Shown in pieces: positions 11,776 to 24,180 of a stretch of 64,000 bases of DNA. Numbering within the stretch: position 1 is the stretch's first letter; every line of letters begins with the position of its first letter. The notes beneath the pieces are model-generated. The model was not told the origin of the DNA and did not search any database. It saw nothing but the letters and a program-made list of their open reading frames with translations. The DNA is taken from the NCBI RefSeq assembly GCF_006345805.1, contig NC_042998.1, positions 136,090,001 through 136,154,000 of the forward strand. The letters are read 5' to 3'. The position numbers and the translations under genes were made by a program. This DNA is from Octopus sinensis. Taxonomy: Eukaryota.

Positions 11776-12361
11776 ATGGGCAAGCAAAGATGTGAAGATT
11801 ACACATCTGAGAATTGAAGTCTGTGATGTTATTTAAAACACTGAAGTCATTTAGCATTCTACAAATGTGTGTGCAATTAGGAATGCTGGGAAAGAATGGT
11901 AAAAATGATGATATAAACAGAAGGAAGATGCAGTGAATGCAAGAATTTGTTAATAGACAACAGTGCTTAAACTAAACAGCAATGATAAACATAAATTACA
12001 ATTAAATGCTATATTGGTGGTAGCATTAGAAAAACAAATGTTGCTATAGTAACTACTAGTTGTTATTTTCAATAGGGTTACTTTTAGCATTTGATGCTGC
12101 TTCATTTGGACTTCCATTATATGTACACAGAGAGGGAGAGAGAGGGAGAGAGAGAGGGAGAGAGAGGAGAGAGAGGAGGGAGAGAGATAGGGTGGGGTGG
12201 GGGAGAAAGTTGAAGGACTCCAAGAATTTTTCTATTTCTAATGCTTTATTTTCTCCTTATATATGTGTATGTGTGTGTGTGTGTATTTATATATATGTGT
12301 GTTTGTGTGTGTATGTATAAACACACACACACACATATATAGACACACACACACACACACA

Positions 12362-12392
<31 letters not shown>

Positions 12393-12682
12393 CAGACATT
12401 AACATATATGTGTATACATGCACACACAGACTCATATATATGGATATACGGTTAATAAGTTTGTCGTATGGCATCAAGTATTTTAACTGTTCCTCTTGAG
12501 GCAATTATAGCTGAGTTTCCTGTTCTTTTTACTTAATTATTTAAAACCATGACATTTCTGTTATTTTAACATCTCTCCAACACAATAACAACCTCTTTAC
12601 TAAACTTGTAATAAATACGTCCATTCTTGTTACAAGAAATCTCATTCTATTCAGAAACTTAATTAGATTGTAAAGCCAACAT

Positions 12683-12995
12683 TGTGGAGGTGCAATGGCC
12701 CAGTGGTTAGGGCAGCAGACTCGCGGTTGGAGGATCATGGTTTCGATTCCCAGACCGAGCATTGTGTGTGTTTATTGAGTGAAAACATCTAAAGCGCCAC
12801 AAGTCTCCGGCAGGGGGTGGTGGCGACCCCTGTTGTAATATTTCACCTCAACTTTCTCTCACTTTCTCTTCCTGTTTCTTGAGTAACACTGTGATGGACT
12901 GGTGTCCCATCCAGCTGGTGGGAACACATATACCACAGAAACCGGGAAACCGGGCCCATCAGCCTGGCTAGGCTTGAAAAGGCGCATAAATAAAA
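12683..12995 (+). mobile_element. tRNA-derived SINE family D
   Basis: A box tggcccagtgg, B box ggtttcgattccc; tail gggcccatcagcctggctaggc shared with 28692-28945 and 33276-33535. Confidence 0.85.
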
Positions 12996-13074
12996 ACAAA
13001 GCCAATATTATTGTATCTAACCATTAAACATTTAATATAGTATTGCAAATAAATCTCTATGGTTCTATGTACAG

Positions 13075-13119
13075 TGTGGCTCTTTATACAATGGTGTCAA
13101 GAAGACCCAAAGGTGTCAG
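13075..13119 (+). CDS. Candidate 45-nt internal exon of an unidentified host gene
   Basis: Unique sequence bounded by ttctatgtacAG and CAG|GTAATA; open in all three frames (CGSLYNGVKKTQRCQ / VALYTMVSRRPKGV / WLFIQWCQEDPKVS); no homology recognised. Confidence 0.3.
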
Positions 13120-13291
13120 GTAATACTGAGTAAGCGCTATGGACAGACTATAGTTAAGCTCCAGGTTCGGTGATTATGTGAATGAGGAGTCCAACATAGG
13201 TCATATGTCAGCATGTGTATGTATAAAAAAATTAACAGAATGAGATAAAAATTCAAGGCTGTAAAGATTTCAGAACATTTATAAATAGAAG

Positions 13292-13339
13292 GTCTTACAG
13301 CTGTTTCCGGGATATTTTATATATCCTTTTATCAGAGAT
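13292..13339 (-). ncRNA. Minimal type I hammerhead motif (left arm)
   Basis: Minus strand: atct-CTGATAA-A-AGGATAT[ATAAA]ATATCCC-G-GAAA-CAGCTG-TA-agac; G8>A substitution. Confidence 0.62.
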
Positions 13340-13652
13340 GGTGTGAGAAAATGGTTAAGCAATAGTTATTTTAGATGAGATATGAAATAGAGAGTGAAGT
13401 GGAGGAATGAACATAGACGTGAGATATGCAGTACTGACCGTTTACAAACTCTATGCTTGGAATGACCAATTTGAAATACTATTAGAATTTAATCTCAAGG
13501 TACAGGAATATTATATGTATACCATTCTGTCTAAATAATGGAACTGAAGATACAATATCCCTGCATATCTCATGTCTATTTTCATTCCTCCACTTCACTC
13601 TCTATTTCATATCTCATCTAGAATAATTATTGTTTAACCATTTTCTCACACT

Positions 13653-13700
13653 GTCTCCGATGAAGGGATATATAAAATATCCTGGAAACAGCTGTAAAAC
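13653..13700 (+). ncRNA. Minimal type I hammerhead motif (right arm)
   Basis: gtct-CCGATGA-A-GGGATAT[ATAAA]ATATCCT-G-GAAA-CAGCTG-TA-aaac; U4>C substitution; palindromic ACAGCTGT stem III. Confidence 0.62.
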
Positions 13701-13758
13701 CTATTTATAAATGTTCTGAAATCTTTACAGCCTTGGATTTTTATCTCATTCTGTTAAT

Positions 13759-13789
<31 letters not shown>

Positions 13790-14434
13790 ATATATACATG
13801 TATACACACACACACACACACATATATATAAAGATATATATTTATATATATATATATATGTATATATATAAGCATGTATGTTTGTATGTATACATATTAT
13901 ATTAATGTTTATGCACATATGTTCATTTATCCATTAAAATAGAATGTCTTTGTAGCCATTACATTACATTACAGCAAAGTATTGTGTCAATATAATATCA
14001 CTTATATATATCTCAAGTTCTCACCAGTTAAAATGGACACTCACATAATCTATATTACTCTGCAGTTTAGAATCAAGATTTTCCTTATGATTACGTCATT
14101 GTAAATATCAGGAAGGTTACTATAGTTGCTATATTGCTACACACATCAATGTGAAAGTATATTCTTTTATCTAGTGAGTTATATGTGAGTATTTTTGAGT
14201 ATTTTTGTTAGTAAAAAGACTGTCTTTTGTCTTTTTGTTTTCTCAACCACTTGAACCTGTCTGAGATAATTTGTGGTATTTGTGGTGAATCTGCAAATTT
14301 CAGAATTTCTTTGGTAAAAGTAGGCTCCGAGGAAGCTATATGATGGTAGAGTAGCATGGTTCCTTATAGTGGAAACAACTAAAAGTTAATGAAAATAATT
14401 ATGTATCTCTTGTTCTTTATCAATCATTTATCAA

Positions 14435-14760
14435 TCTATATATGTAAAAGAGAGTTTGTATGTGTATGTGTGTATGTGTATGTGTGTGTGTGTGGTGTGT
14501 GTGTGTGCGTGTGTGTGTGCATATGGTCCCTATGAATTCAAAAACTGAGTTATCAATTTTGACATATCTATATATATAAAAGCGAGTTTGTGTGTATGTG
14601 TGTGTGTGCGTGCGTGCAAGCGCACATATGTCCCTTATGCATTTGAAAGTTGAGTTGCCGATTTTGACGTATGGGTATCAAAAGATTCAGTAATCTTTCG
14701 GCTACCAAATAAACTTTATTTTCATTTACATATTTTCTACATTACCTCAACAACCAGCTA
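14435..14760 (+). mobile_element. Non-autonomous Helitron-like element with a tandemly duplicated 5' head
   Basis: A|TCTATATAT(G/A)TAAAAG(A/C)GAGTTTGT at 14435 and 14567, each followed by (GT)n and gtccc.tatg.att..aaa..tgagtt..c.attttgac; no clean 3' CTAG end. Confidence 0.45.
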
Positions 14761-15432
14761 TAGTTATTTGAAATACACTTCTCTACAACAACCAGGTTTC
14801 ATTAGAAAGTGAAAATAGTTTCACACTTTCAATTTGAATTAAAATTACAAAGTGTTACCTTATGAGAGTGACTATATGTGAATAATGAAAATAATGTTTC
14901 TTCAAATTAGTCATGTTTGTACTATAATAAAGAAAGCCACGTATCATCTAACTATCAAATAAACTATGTGTTTGGCATAACAACTCCTTTTCACCTATAA
15001 AATGACCATGGAAATGAGGTTGGGTCTCACAATTTTGAGGTCATTTTGGGACAATATTTTGATTTGTTTCTAATATTTAACTTTCATTCAATGTTTCACA
15101 CATGCATAAAATTCTGTTCAGATGAACATTTATGAAAATGTACACTTAAATATTGTATTAAAATACTACAACTAAAAAAAAATTCATTAAAAGACATCTG
15201 TTTCTTTATATGTTATAAGGAAATACAATCACTCATTCTCTCTCTTGCATGCACACACATACATACATACATACAAAAAAGATGTATGCTTATGTATTTA
15301 TGTACGTGTATATGAAAGATAATATCTGTGAGAGAGAGAGAGGGAGAGATAGGGAGAGAGAGCAAGTGAATGCCACTTACACATACATGCAAAAAGATAC
15401 ATGCATAACAATACACACCTTCACTCATTCAC

Positions 15433-15467
<35 letters not shown>

Positions 15468-16811
15468 TGCAAGCACACACACACACACACACATCCATTT
15501 CATGTAGATATACATATATATTTCACTTTCTGCTCTCACTTCAAAGCAAATGTCACCTTTTCACTTTCTCCTCTCTTTCAATTTCTGCTCTCTTCAAAGC
15601 ATAAAGAAATAAAATATTTTAACGGAAATTAGCAAACTATCATATGATTCCATATGATAGTTTGAAGCAACTTTGCTGCTTCCAACAAAAGAACGCCATA
15701 AAATAACTTCCTTTGTTACACACACACACACACACACACACTCTAGGTAGTAAAACTTCAGTGCAAATTATGTTATTTCTTGCTTTATGTACATGCAAAA
15801 TAACAGCTCAAATCCAATTGAAATGACCTTTTTTTATTCTGTAATTTGTGTTTGTGATGAGCATATTTAAAAACCTGATCTTTGGTATAAACTTAAGAGG
15901 AAGTTTTCCCAGAAATCTTGTCCTTTACCTGTGGTTTCTAGCATGTCCGTGGTGACATTTGTGCCCCTACCTTATCTTTTTCCTAAATTTCTTCTGATTC
16001 CTATGTTTTCAATACAGGAGATTAGGATTTTGCCCAAAAAACATGTTCTCAATATTTTAATTTTCTCCCTCCCTGCCTCAATTACTTCATTTTTTACTTT
16101 TTTCCAAATTTTTTTCTTGGTAGTCCACAGAGAAAGAAATTGCGATGGGGACTGTGGGAAATTAAAATTTTGAAAACGTGCAAAATCGTATTAACCCCCT
16201 TTTATATGTTGAAACAATATATAGTTTGTGATCCTTCTTAAGAACAAAAAGCACTTACATGCAAACTCATGCAAATTGTACCCTTCCTCACTTCACTTTT
16301 AAGCAAACAATAACTTCCATTACGCCAGTAATCCAGTTCACTATGTATCAGCTGTGCCGATTCTGCCCATAAGAAAGGAACAAATAATACAATGTAGCTG
16401 TAGGTTATAACACTCTGGCAACGCCAGGATGCATTGATTTCTATAGATCGCTCAAAGATCCATAGTAGACAAAAACTCTATTTGTGTGTATAATATTCCT
16501 GCTGTGTATAGTTGTGAGTTTCATATACTCAAGGCTCAATTTATTGCAATTCAGTGAAGGTATTTCCTAACTTGATCTGCTGAAAATAACAACCAAATTT
16601 CCTTCAAATCAAACCATAACGCCGTCCCTGGCATACAATAAGACAGAGTGATCATGACTGAAATACCTTTGATCATAGATCAATCTGCTTAAATGCACCT
16701 CCCCACCAAAAAAAAACAAAGAAAAAAAAGAAAGAAACTACTTTACTGCTATTTGTTCTGTACTAGTGAGAGTTAAATGCTTTGATCAAAGACACATCAC
16801 AACATTGTCAA

Positions 16812-17031
16812 CCCTTTTGATATTAACCTACCTAAGACCACCCTTTGTTCTGATACAAACTTTCTATTTTTAAATGAGCTAACTTTAAATGTTCCATCAA
16901 AATTTCATGTTAATTTATGGCCCAAACATCAGCTTTAAAATGACCAAGCTATTTTTTTAACTTATTCATCATTTTCAAAATTAATTGGAACAAAAATAGC
17001 ACATTTCAAGAAATATATGGTAACAAAAGAG
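16812..17031. mobile_element. piggyBac-like MITE
   Basis: tcaa|CCCTTTTGATA ... TAACAAAAGAG|ttaa: CCC/GGG-type TIR with TTAA-like target; second copy at 50372-50606. Confidence 0.6.
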
Positions 17032-19164
17032 TTAACGATGTATGATCCAAAACCTTTTACTCAGCACCCTATTTTTCAAACTTTTAGCTACTCATATTTG
17101 AATAAAAGCTACTAGCTTAACGTAAATAATTTTTGTAAAGATAATCAGCATCATTTGTTCCCTTCTGAACCGATTAACTAGAATTATCAATAGTATATAA
17201 TGAGCAGGGATATTTCTACCATAGTTCATCCCTAGCAAGCTCGCTTGCTGCACTGGGGAAATAATTATAGAATTGATTTGCTTCTTGCAAGGGTTGCAAG
17301 AATATGATTAATGATAACTAATCAAAAAACTTTATTAACCCTCCTAAATATATAATATGAATGTTTGTTTAACTTCAACCCGAAGTTATTTTGAAAACAT
17401 TCAAACTTGGAATATAAAAGAACTAGCTGAGTATCCCATCACTGCTGGGCAATTTTTACAATAGAATGCCTTTATTTCAGTTTCTTTTTATTTCATGTTA
17501 GGCTGTGTCTTCTCTGATGGATGGGCTTTTTGACCAGGACAGGTTTCTGCATTATTTGGGGCAATTCATAATGTATTGATAAGCTAACTTTTTTTTTTTC
17601 CAGTTGCTGCATAGTGGTAAAGAATTTTCTTGGTGTACTACTGATACTAATGAAATTCCTTACACACTCACACATGTGCGCGTGCATGTGCACACACACT
17701 CACACACACATGCATGCACACACACACACGCATGCACACACACACACACGCATGCACACACACACACGCATGCACACACACACACACACACACACAACAT
17801 ATGAAAGAGTAAGAGAAAGTATTGTAAATATAATGTAGAGAGAGGAACATTTACAAAGACAAAAAAATAAATGACAGAGATAGACAAATAGAGAGAGACT
17901 GATCTTTTCTGTTGCTGTCACAGATTTTGAAATTTTAAAATTAAGTGAATATTTTCAAATTTGAGAAATTGATGTACTTTTTCATGCTGAATCTGATTTT
18001 GCGATTCATTTATTCCAGTAAATTTTTAGAAAAATGTTACAGGGGTTCAAAAGTTTGATAAATTTTACCTATCCAGAAAACAGGATTTGGAAGCTAACAT
18101 TTTCTTGCTTGATAACTCTGACACAAAATGAAAGTAAAAACATTACAACTATGAAGTGTTAAACAAAATGAAAAACTTTTACATGTCATATCAAGAAAGT
18201 GAAGGGAAGTAGCATGTATGAGAAATGTACATATACAGAGACAGAGAGAGAGAGAGAGATAAATAAAGGGTGTGGTAAATATATAAAGAGAGGGGAAGGC
18301 ATAAAAGAGAGAGAGCCTGATGGAGACAGAGAGTGAGAGATTTGTTGAACATAAAGTTGAGTTAGTTCTAGAAAATATATTTTTTGATTAATTATAACTG
18401 AAAACCTTGTCATTGGAATGTAGATTTTGAAAATCAAATCCTTTTTTCTCAAGGATGCACCATTTTGGAGTCTTTCCATGATATACCCACATACATACAC
18501 ACATACACTCTCATTTATATAGTAAATATAACCATGTAATTAACCTGCATTCCCTAAAATTACAGGTCTTTGCCAAAAATGTGAGACTATTATTATTACT
18601 ATTAAATTAATACAATTTATTTTGATATTATTATCAGGTCTGTGAGAGTGATACAAATGGAAACATTGATCAATGACCATGTTCAAACCCTGCCATTAAA
18701 CATTCAATATTGCATTTTATCTCACAATTGGTCTACAAGAAATAATTACTATATTCAAATCAACAGACTACAGCTGTCCCAACACATCATTTGTGTGTGT
18801 GAGTGTGTAGGTACAAATTATATTATTCAAGAGAAATTTGTATAGGATCAAAGGTCACCATCCAACCAGATGTGTAAATGGCAGAGATAACAATAACAGG
18901 TTTATTTACTTAGTACACAGGACTATTCACTTAGTTTCTACCCATGCAAGTGTGGAAAAATGGATCACAGTGATGCTACTGCTGCTGCTGCTGATGACTA
19001 TATAAATGAATCTTTGAAGAAAACTAATTGTTGTCTTCTCATTGAATATGTGATATAGAATATGTGGTCATGAAATGAGTGATTCAATGCAAAATCACAG
19101 GAATAATAAACGTTGTAATGCAATCTCAATGATTGTCACAAAGAAAGACCTATCAGGAAGAATA

Positions 19165-19575
19165 TGCTCTTTCACCATCATCCATCATCAGGTGTTTTAA
19201 TTCCAGGTTTTGTTCCTGTTAATGGGGGTGGTCGGATCTACCTCAATGCCATAGCAACTGCCCTCATACCATCTTGTCATCTTGCCTGGTTTTGGGTGTT
19301 CTCCCTTTTCAAACCAATCCTCCCAATCTCCTCCTCCACCTGTCCTCTCTACCTTTTCTTTGGTCGACCTTGCTTTCATGCTCTATTTACCTCAAAGGCA
19401 ATCACCCTCCTCAGAACATGCTCTTCATCCCTCCTCAACACATGCCCATACCACTTACTTCATTTGCTCTTGCCAACCACTCCACCGATTCTGCCAAGCC
19501 CAGCATTGCCATCAAATTCTCAGTCTTCCTCTTATCAAACAGCTTCACCCTACACATTTCTCTCACCATGCAAAT
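19165..19575 (-). mobile_element. RTE LINE 3' fragment (another subfamily)
   Basis: MVREMCRVKLFDKRKTENLMAMLGL..WYGHVLRRDEEHVLRRVIAFEV..GRPKKR. Confidence 0.8.
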
Positions 19576-19884
19576 GATTTAAGAATAGCAAATTATCCCC
19601 ATTGTTTTAAATGTCCATTCTGCCTATGCTTGCATGGGTTGGACCCAGTTTATTGAGGTAAATTTTTTACAACTGGGTGCCCTTCCTGCTGCCAACATTC
19701 ACTTGTTTTCAAGCAGGGTAATATTTCCTCATGACCAGACATGTTCTTGCAGAATATTGGAAATGAGTGCTTGTATGACAGTGACACTCATTTACTCTTA
19801 TCACGATATCACGACAAGGTGACACAACCATACACTCACTCACACACATGCAAACACACACACACGCACACATATACACAACTG

Positions 19885-20041
19885 TTTGTTTGTTACTTTC
19901 TATCTACTAAATCTACTCACAAGGCTTTGATCAACCCAAGGCTACAAAATAAGACGCTTGCCCATGGTACCACGCAGTGGAACTGAAGCGAAACCTGTGC
20001 AGTTGGGAAAGGAATTTCTTAGCCACACAGTCATGCCTGCA
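19885..20041 (-). mobile_element. SINE family A head
   Basis: Reverse complement of gcatgactgtgtggctaag..ggtttcgcttcagttccactgcgtggtacc. Confidence 0.7.
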
Positions 20042-20841
20042 CCAAAGTAGAGTGGAAGAAATAATTGAGGTATCATATATGTATATGAATTCATATTTCT
20101 TCCTTTCAATCATTTGCATGATAAAGGAAAAGTGTGTAACAGACCAGTGGGTGTGTGCATTGGAGTTACTAAATGTAGTGGCAAAATGTGAAGGGTCACC
20201 ATATGTGGTGTATGAATGTAAGGTTCTCATGTTAGAGGAACCAATCATATCGTACAGATGAAATGTTACTTGATGAAGAAATAGTGCTTCTTGTTCTGCA
20301 TTGGGTTGCTATATGTAGACAGTTGAAAGTAAGATGAAATGGCGTAATAACAACATTGAAGAGAAAAGAATAATATTCACAGATTTATTTGCCGGCAGCA
20401 GTTTGTAAAGCAGATATAGTAGTAATTGACAAATGATGTGTAGGTCTTTCACTGGTAGAGTGGGTGGAAGCCAAGTACATTCTGCTGACAGAGAGGAAAA
20501 AAAGATAAGGATTACGGTATCCCTTTCCATTTGGCTGATGCATATTTGCTCTCACTTGTAAGTCTGCCAACTTGAGAGATTGAGACACAGATGCCCTTGG
20601 TTATATGAGGTATGGCCAGGAAGTAGGTTAAGCCTAAAACAATGGATTGGCCCTTCCATGACCAGCAAAGGTCCTAGGTGTTGGTCAGGTGTTTCTCATT
20701 AATCTCCCAGCATAGAGATAAAACGCAATGCATTAGCCGGTCATCTGACAAGCAACAAGTGTGTGGATTTGGTTTCGAATCTCAGTTAGGCAGAGCTAAG
20801 TGATCTCTGACAAGTGACATTATCATATTTTTTATATTTTA

Positions 20842-21003
20842 CAAGGTGTGGCTGTGTAGTAAGAGGTTTGCTTCCCAACTACATGGTTCCATGTTCAGTC
20901 CCACTGTGTGGTATTTTGGGCAAGTATCTTCTACTATAATCTCGGGCTGACCAAAGCTGTGTGAGTGGATTTGATCAATGGAAACTGAAAGAAGCTCATT
21001 GTA
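20842..21003 (+). mobile_element. SINE family A head; its internal (TACA)n is the mariner insertion site
   Basis: ggtgtggctgtgtagtaagaggtttgcttcccaactacatggttccatgttcagtcccactg..gaaactgaaagaagc. Confidence 0.85.
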
Positions 21004-21141
21004 TATATATGTATACATACACACACACACACATACATATATACATACATGCATACATACATACATACATACATACATACATACATACATACATACATGC
21101 ATGCATGCATGCATGCATGCATACATACATACATACATACA

Positions 21142-21173
<32 letters not shown>

Positions 21174-21174
<1 letters not shown>

Positions 21175-22430
21175 CAGGTCATTAAGAATGAAATGTTCAA
21201 TTTTCTTATGCACCAAGTTTGAACAGTCGTTAACTTTAATGCTTTATCCTGACAATTCTTTGTTTCACAGCATTGAAGAGTTACATCATGACTTTCTGAA
21301 ATGCAATTCATGGTGTCTGATTATATTGTGAATTTTCTCTTGTAAATCAATTTTTGTGAACCTATGGATAGATCAAAAATTCATGTTGTTTATGAATATG
21401 AGTTCTGTCATGGAACCAATGCATCCCAGACAACTTGAAACATCAATGAGGTGTTTGGTGAAGATGTGACAAATGAGCACACTGTATGTTGATGGCTTGA
21501 AAAGTTCTGGTCTGGTGACTTTACTCATGAAAATCAGCCCCGTGGTAGATCTGAGACCAAGATGGATAATGGTGAGTTGGAAACTGTAGTGGAAGTGGAT
21601 ATGTCTCAAACTATGCATGAGTTAGCAGCAAGGTTTGATGTTTCAATTCCAACTGTATGGATGATCTGAAACAAATCGGCAAGGTAAAGAAGCTGGACAA
21701 GTGGGTGCCATACAAACTGAACGAGCATCAAATGATATGTCATCTTGAAACTTGCTGTATTGTTTTTTTGCATTGTACTGTTATGTGTGATGAAAAATGG
21801 ATTCCTTTCAACAATAGTAAGTGTTCTGCCTGATGGTTGGATAGAGACGAAGTGCCAAAACACAATCCAAAAAAGAATATTCACCAAAAAAAGCTAATGG
21901 TGTCTGTTTGGTGGTCCAGCACTGGTGTCATCTACTACAGCTTCATGAGACCTGATAAGTCAATTACAGCGGATGTATACATCAACCAATTGGATGAAAT
22001 GATGAGTGAACTTGCAATTAAACAACTGTGATTGGTCAAAAGAGACAGGCCTTTCTTGCAAGAAAATGGTTGACCACATGTTGCATAAAGAGCACAACTC
22101 AAGTTACAGGAATTGAACTCAGAAGTGCTCTGTCATCCACCATATTCACCAGACCTTGCACCAACTGACTATCATGTTTCCCAGGCATTAGACAACATTT
22201 TGCAAGGAAAAACTTCAAATCTGAAGAAGATGCAAAAACAGCCTTTTATGATTTCATCACTCCTAGCTCTCCAGCATTCTTTGCTGCTGGCATAAATAAG
22301 CTCCCGATGAAATGGCAAAATTGTGTTGATAATTTAGGTGCATACTTTGACTAACTGCATTGCATTTTGTTGAGATAAAGTAAAATAAACTTTCAGTTCA
22401 AAATCAGACATTTCATTCTTAATGACCTGA
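21174..22430 (+). mobile_element. Full-length decayed mariner (DD34D) transposon, 1.26 kb
   Basis: TIR TCAGGTCATTAAGAATGAAATGT / ACATTTCATTCTTAATGACCTGA; left TA target; motifs CDEKWI, KKLMVSVWWS, HPPYSPDLAPTDYH; many stops and frameshifts. Confidence 0.95.
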
Positions 22431-22446
22431 TTCATATATATATATA

Positions 22447-23075
22447 AATGGTGTGGCAGTATGGTAAGAAACTTACTTCCCAGTCACTTTGTTCTGGGTC
22501 TAGTCCTACTGTGTGGTACCTTGAGCAAATGGGTCAACCAAATCTTTGTGAGTGGAATTGGTTGACTGAAACTGAAAGAACCTCATCGTCAGCAATGTAA
22601 CTACACATGTACTGTTGGTGATATTTTTTCTTTCTTTTCCCTTTTCCCTTTTCCCTTTTCAACTAAGAACTATGATCGAAACATCAATACCTCTCTCTCT
22701 TTTTACTGTGCATCAAACTAATGCATTCCTTGCTGTTTGTTATTGTTGATTTTATTGTTCGTTTATTTGATTTGACACTGTGTATGTTTGTGTGTGCGTA
22801 TGTGTATCTGTGTGTGTGTCTGTCTGTGTGTCTTTGTGTTTGTGTATCTTTGTGCCTGTGTGCCTACTTGTTTGTGTTTGTCCCCCACTGCCACACTTGA
22901 CAACTGGTGTTGGTTTGTTACATACTCATAACTTAGCAGTTTGGCAATAGAGACTGACAGAATGAGTACCAGGCTTCAAAAATAAGTACTGAGGTGATTT
23001 TTTGACTAAACATTCTTCAAGGTGGTACCCCAGCATGGCCATGGTCTAATGACTGAAACAAGTTTGTGAATAAAA
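22447..23075 (+). mobile_element. SINE family A (head 22447-22590, tail 22770-23075)
   Basis: Matches head and tail of 45882-46283. Confidence 0.75.
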
Positions 23076-23571
23076 GAATGGGTAATTGTATGTCAAAAGG
23101 CATATAACAGTTACAGGCAGATTTGTGGTTAGACGAGATTGAAGACCTAAATTCCAACATCAAACAATGGAAGACATAATCCAGATAAACAAGAGTTAGT
23201 TATAGGAAATGCATCAACCAAGCTAATGAAAATATTGTTTTTATTATAAAGGATATATTATTTTTAATACAATGTTATTTTTATTAAAATGGTCTTTTTT
23301 ATTGCAATACAGTTTGTTTGATGCCAAGGCAATTCTTTTTATGACAAGGATATCCTTTTTATATTTTTTTATCATAATACAATGCTATTTGTGTCAATAG
23401 CATTACTTTTATGATAAAGAAATTTTTCTATAATAAATTGATTTTGTTGATGACAATGATATTATTTTTATGACAATGGTATTCTTGTTAGAGCCATGAT
23501 ATATATTCTTATTATGACAACTATATCCCTTTTACATTTTTTAGGATAATGCAGTATTATTTACAATTTAC

Positions 23572-24112
23572 ATACTAGCTTCAGTAGTACATATATTCTT
23601 TTCTATTCTAAGCACAAGGCCCTAAATTTTGGGAGAGGGAGCTAGTTGATTAGATCAACCTCAGTACGCAACTGGTACTTAATTTATCGACCCTGAAAGG
23701 ATGAAAGGCAAAGCCGACTTCGGTGGAATTTGAACTCAGAACATAAAGATAGATGAAATACCGCTAAGCATTTTGCCCAGTTGCTAACTTTTCTTATTTC
23801 TTTATTGCCCACAATGGGCTAAACAAAGAGGGGACAAACAAAGGGATTAAGTCGATTACATCGACCCAGTGCGTAACTGGTACTTAATTTATCGACCCCG
23901 AAAGGATGAAAGGCAAAGTTGACCTCGGCAGAATTTAAACTCAGAACATAACGGCAGACAAAATACCGCTAAGCATTTCGTCCGGCGTGCTAATGTTTCT
24001 GCCAGCTTGCCACCTTCGGTAGTAGATATATTAAAATTGGAATGATGCAGAGAAGATTAGCATGGCCCCTGCACAAGAATGAAATGCAAATTCATGAAGT
24101 GTTCCATATTTT
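23572..24112 (+). pseudogene. RNU6: U6 snRNA retrocopy split by a SINE insertion (23572-23597 + 24014-24112)
   Basis: atactagcttcagtagtacatatatt matches U6 5' GTGCTTGCTTCGGCAGCACATATACT; aaaattggaatgatgcagagaagattagcatggcccctgcacaagaatgaaatgcaaattcatgaagtgttccatatttt matches the rest, including the ACAGAGA-like box and terminal TTTT; no PSE/TATA upstream. Confidence 0.92.
23598..24013 (-). mobile_element. SINE family B dimer (two monomers head-to-tail) with 19-bp TSD
   Basis: cttcagtagtacatatatt (23579-23597) and cttcggtagtagatatatt (24014-24032) flank both monomers; B box gagtt(c/t)aaattc. Confidence 0.9.
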
Positions 24113-24180
24113 CTCACTGATGGTGCTCTAGTATGGCCATGACATTTGTGCTGAAATGTATAAAAGAATAAAAGAAGAGT
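24113..24180 (+). mobile_element. Retroposon 3' tail (family A type) fused directly to the U6 3' end
   Basis: tggtgctctagtatggccatgac...ctgaaatgtataaaagaataaaaga resembles ggtgctccagcatggctgcagtcaaatgactgaaacaagtaaaaga. Confidence 0.65.

Larger units (their letters stand above)
13229..13760. repeat. Foldback element: ~200-bp inverted arms (13229-13431 / 13561-13760) around a 129-bp spacer
   Basis: Manual alignment gives about 13 substitutions (12 transitions) and one 2-nt indel, ~93% identity. Confidence 0.95.

Noticed and set aside
14215-14385. Protein-like frames on both strands with acceptor-like sites
   Set aside because: Several equally plausible frames, no convincing donor and no recognised homology
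17583-17660. Strong 3' splice-site look-alike (CTAAC-polyT-CAG)
   Set aside because: No credible exon follows; sequence runs into a (CA)n repeat
19160-19195. Minus-strand CTGATGA...GAAA at the RTE tail
   Set aside because: No stem II pairing; derives from the (ATG)n tail
20050-20760. Possible ancient LINE 5'/endonuclease remnant on the minus strand
   Set aside because: Only faint motif resemblance; cannot be supported without an HMM search
23572-24112. Functional U6 gene
   Set aside because: Interrupted by a 416-bp SINE dimer, carries many substitutions, and lacks an upstream PSE/TATA
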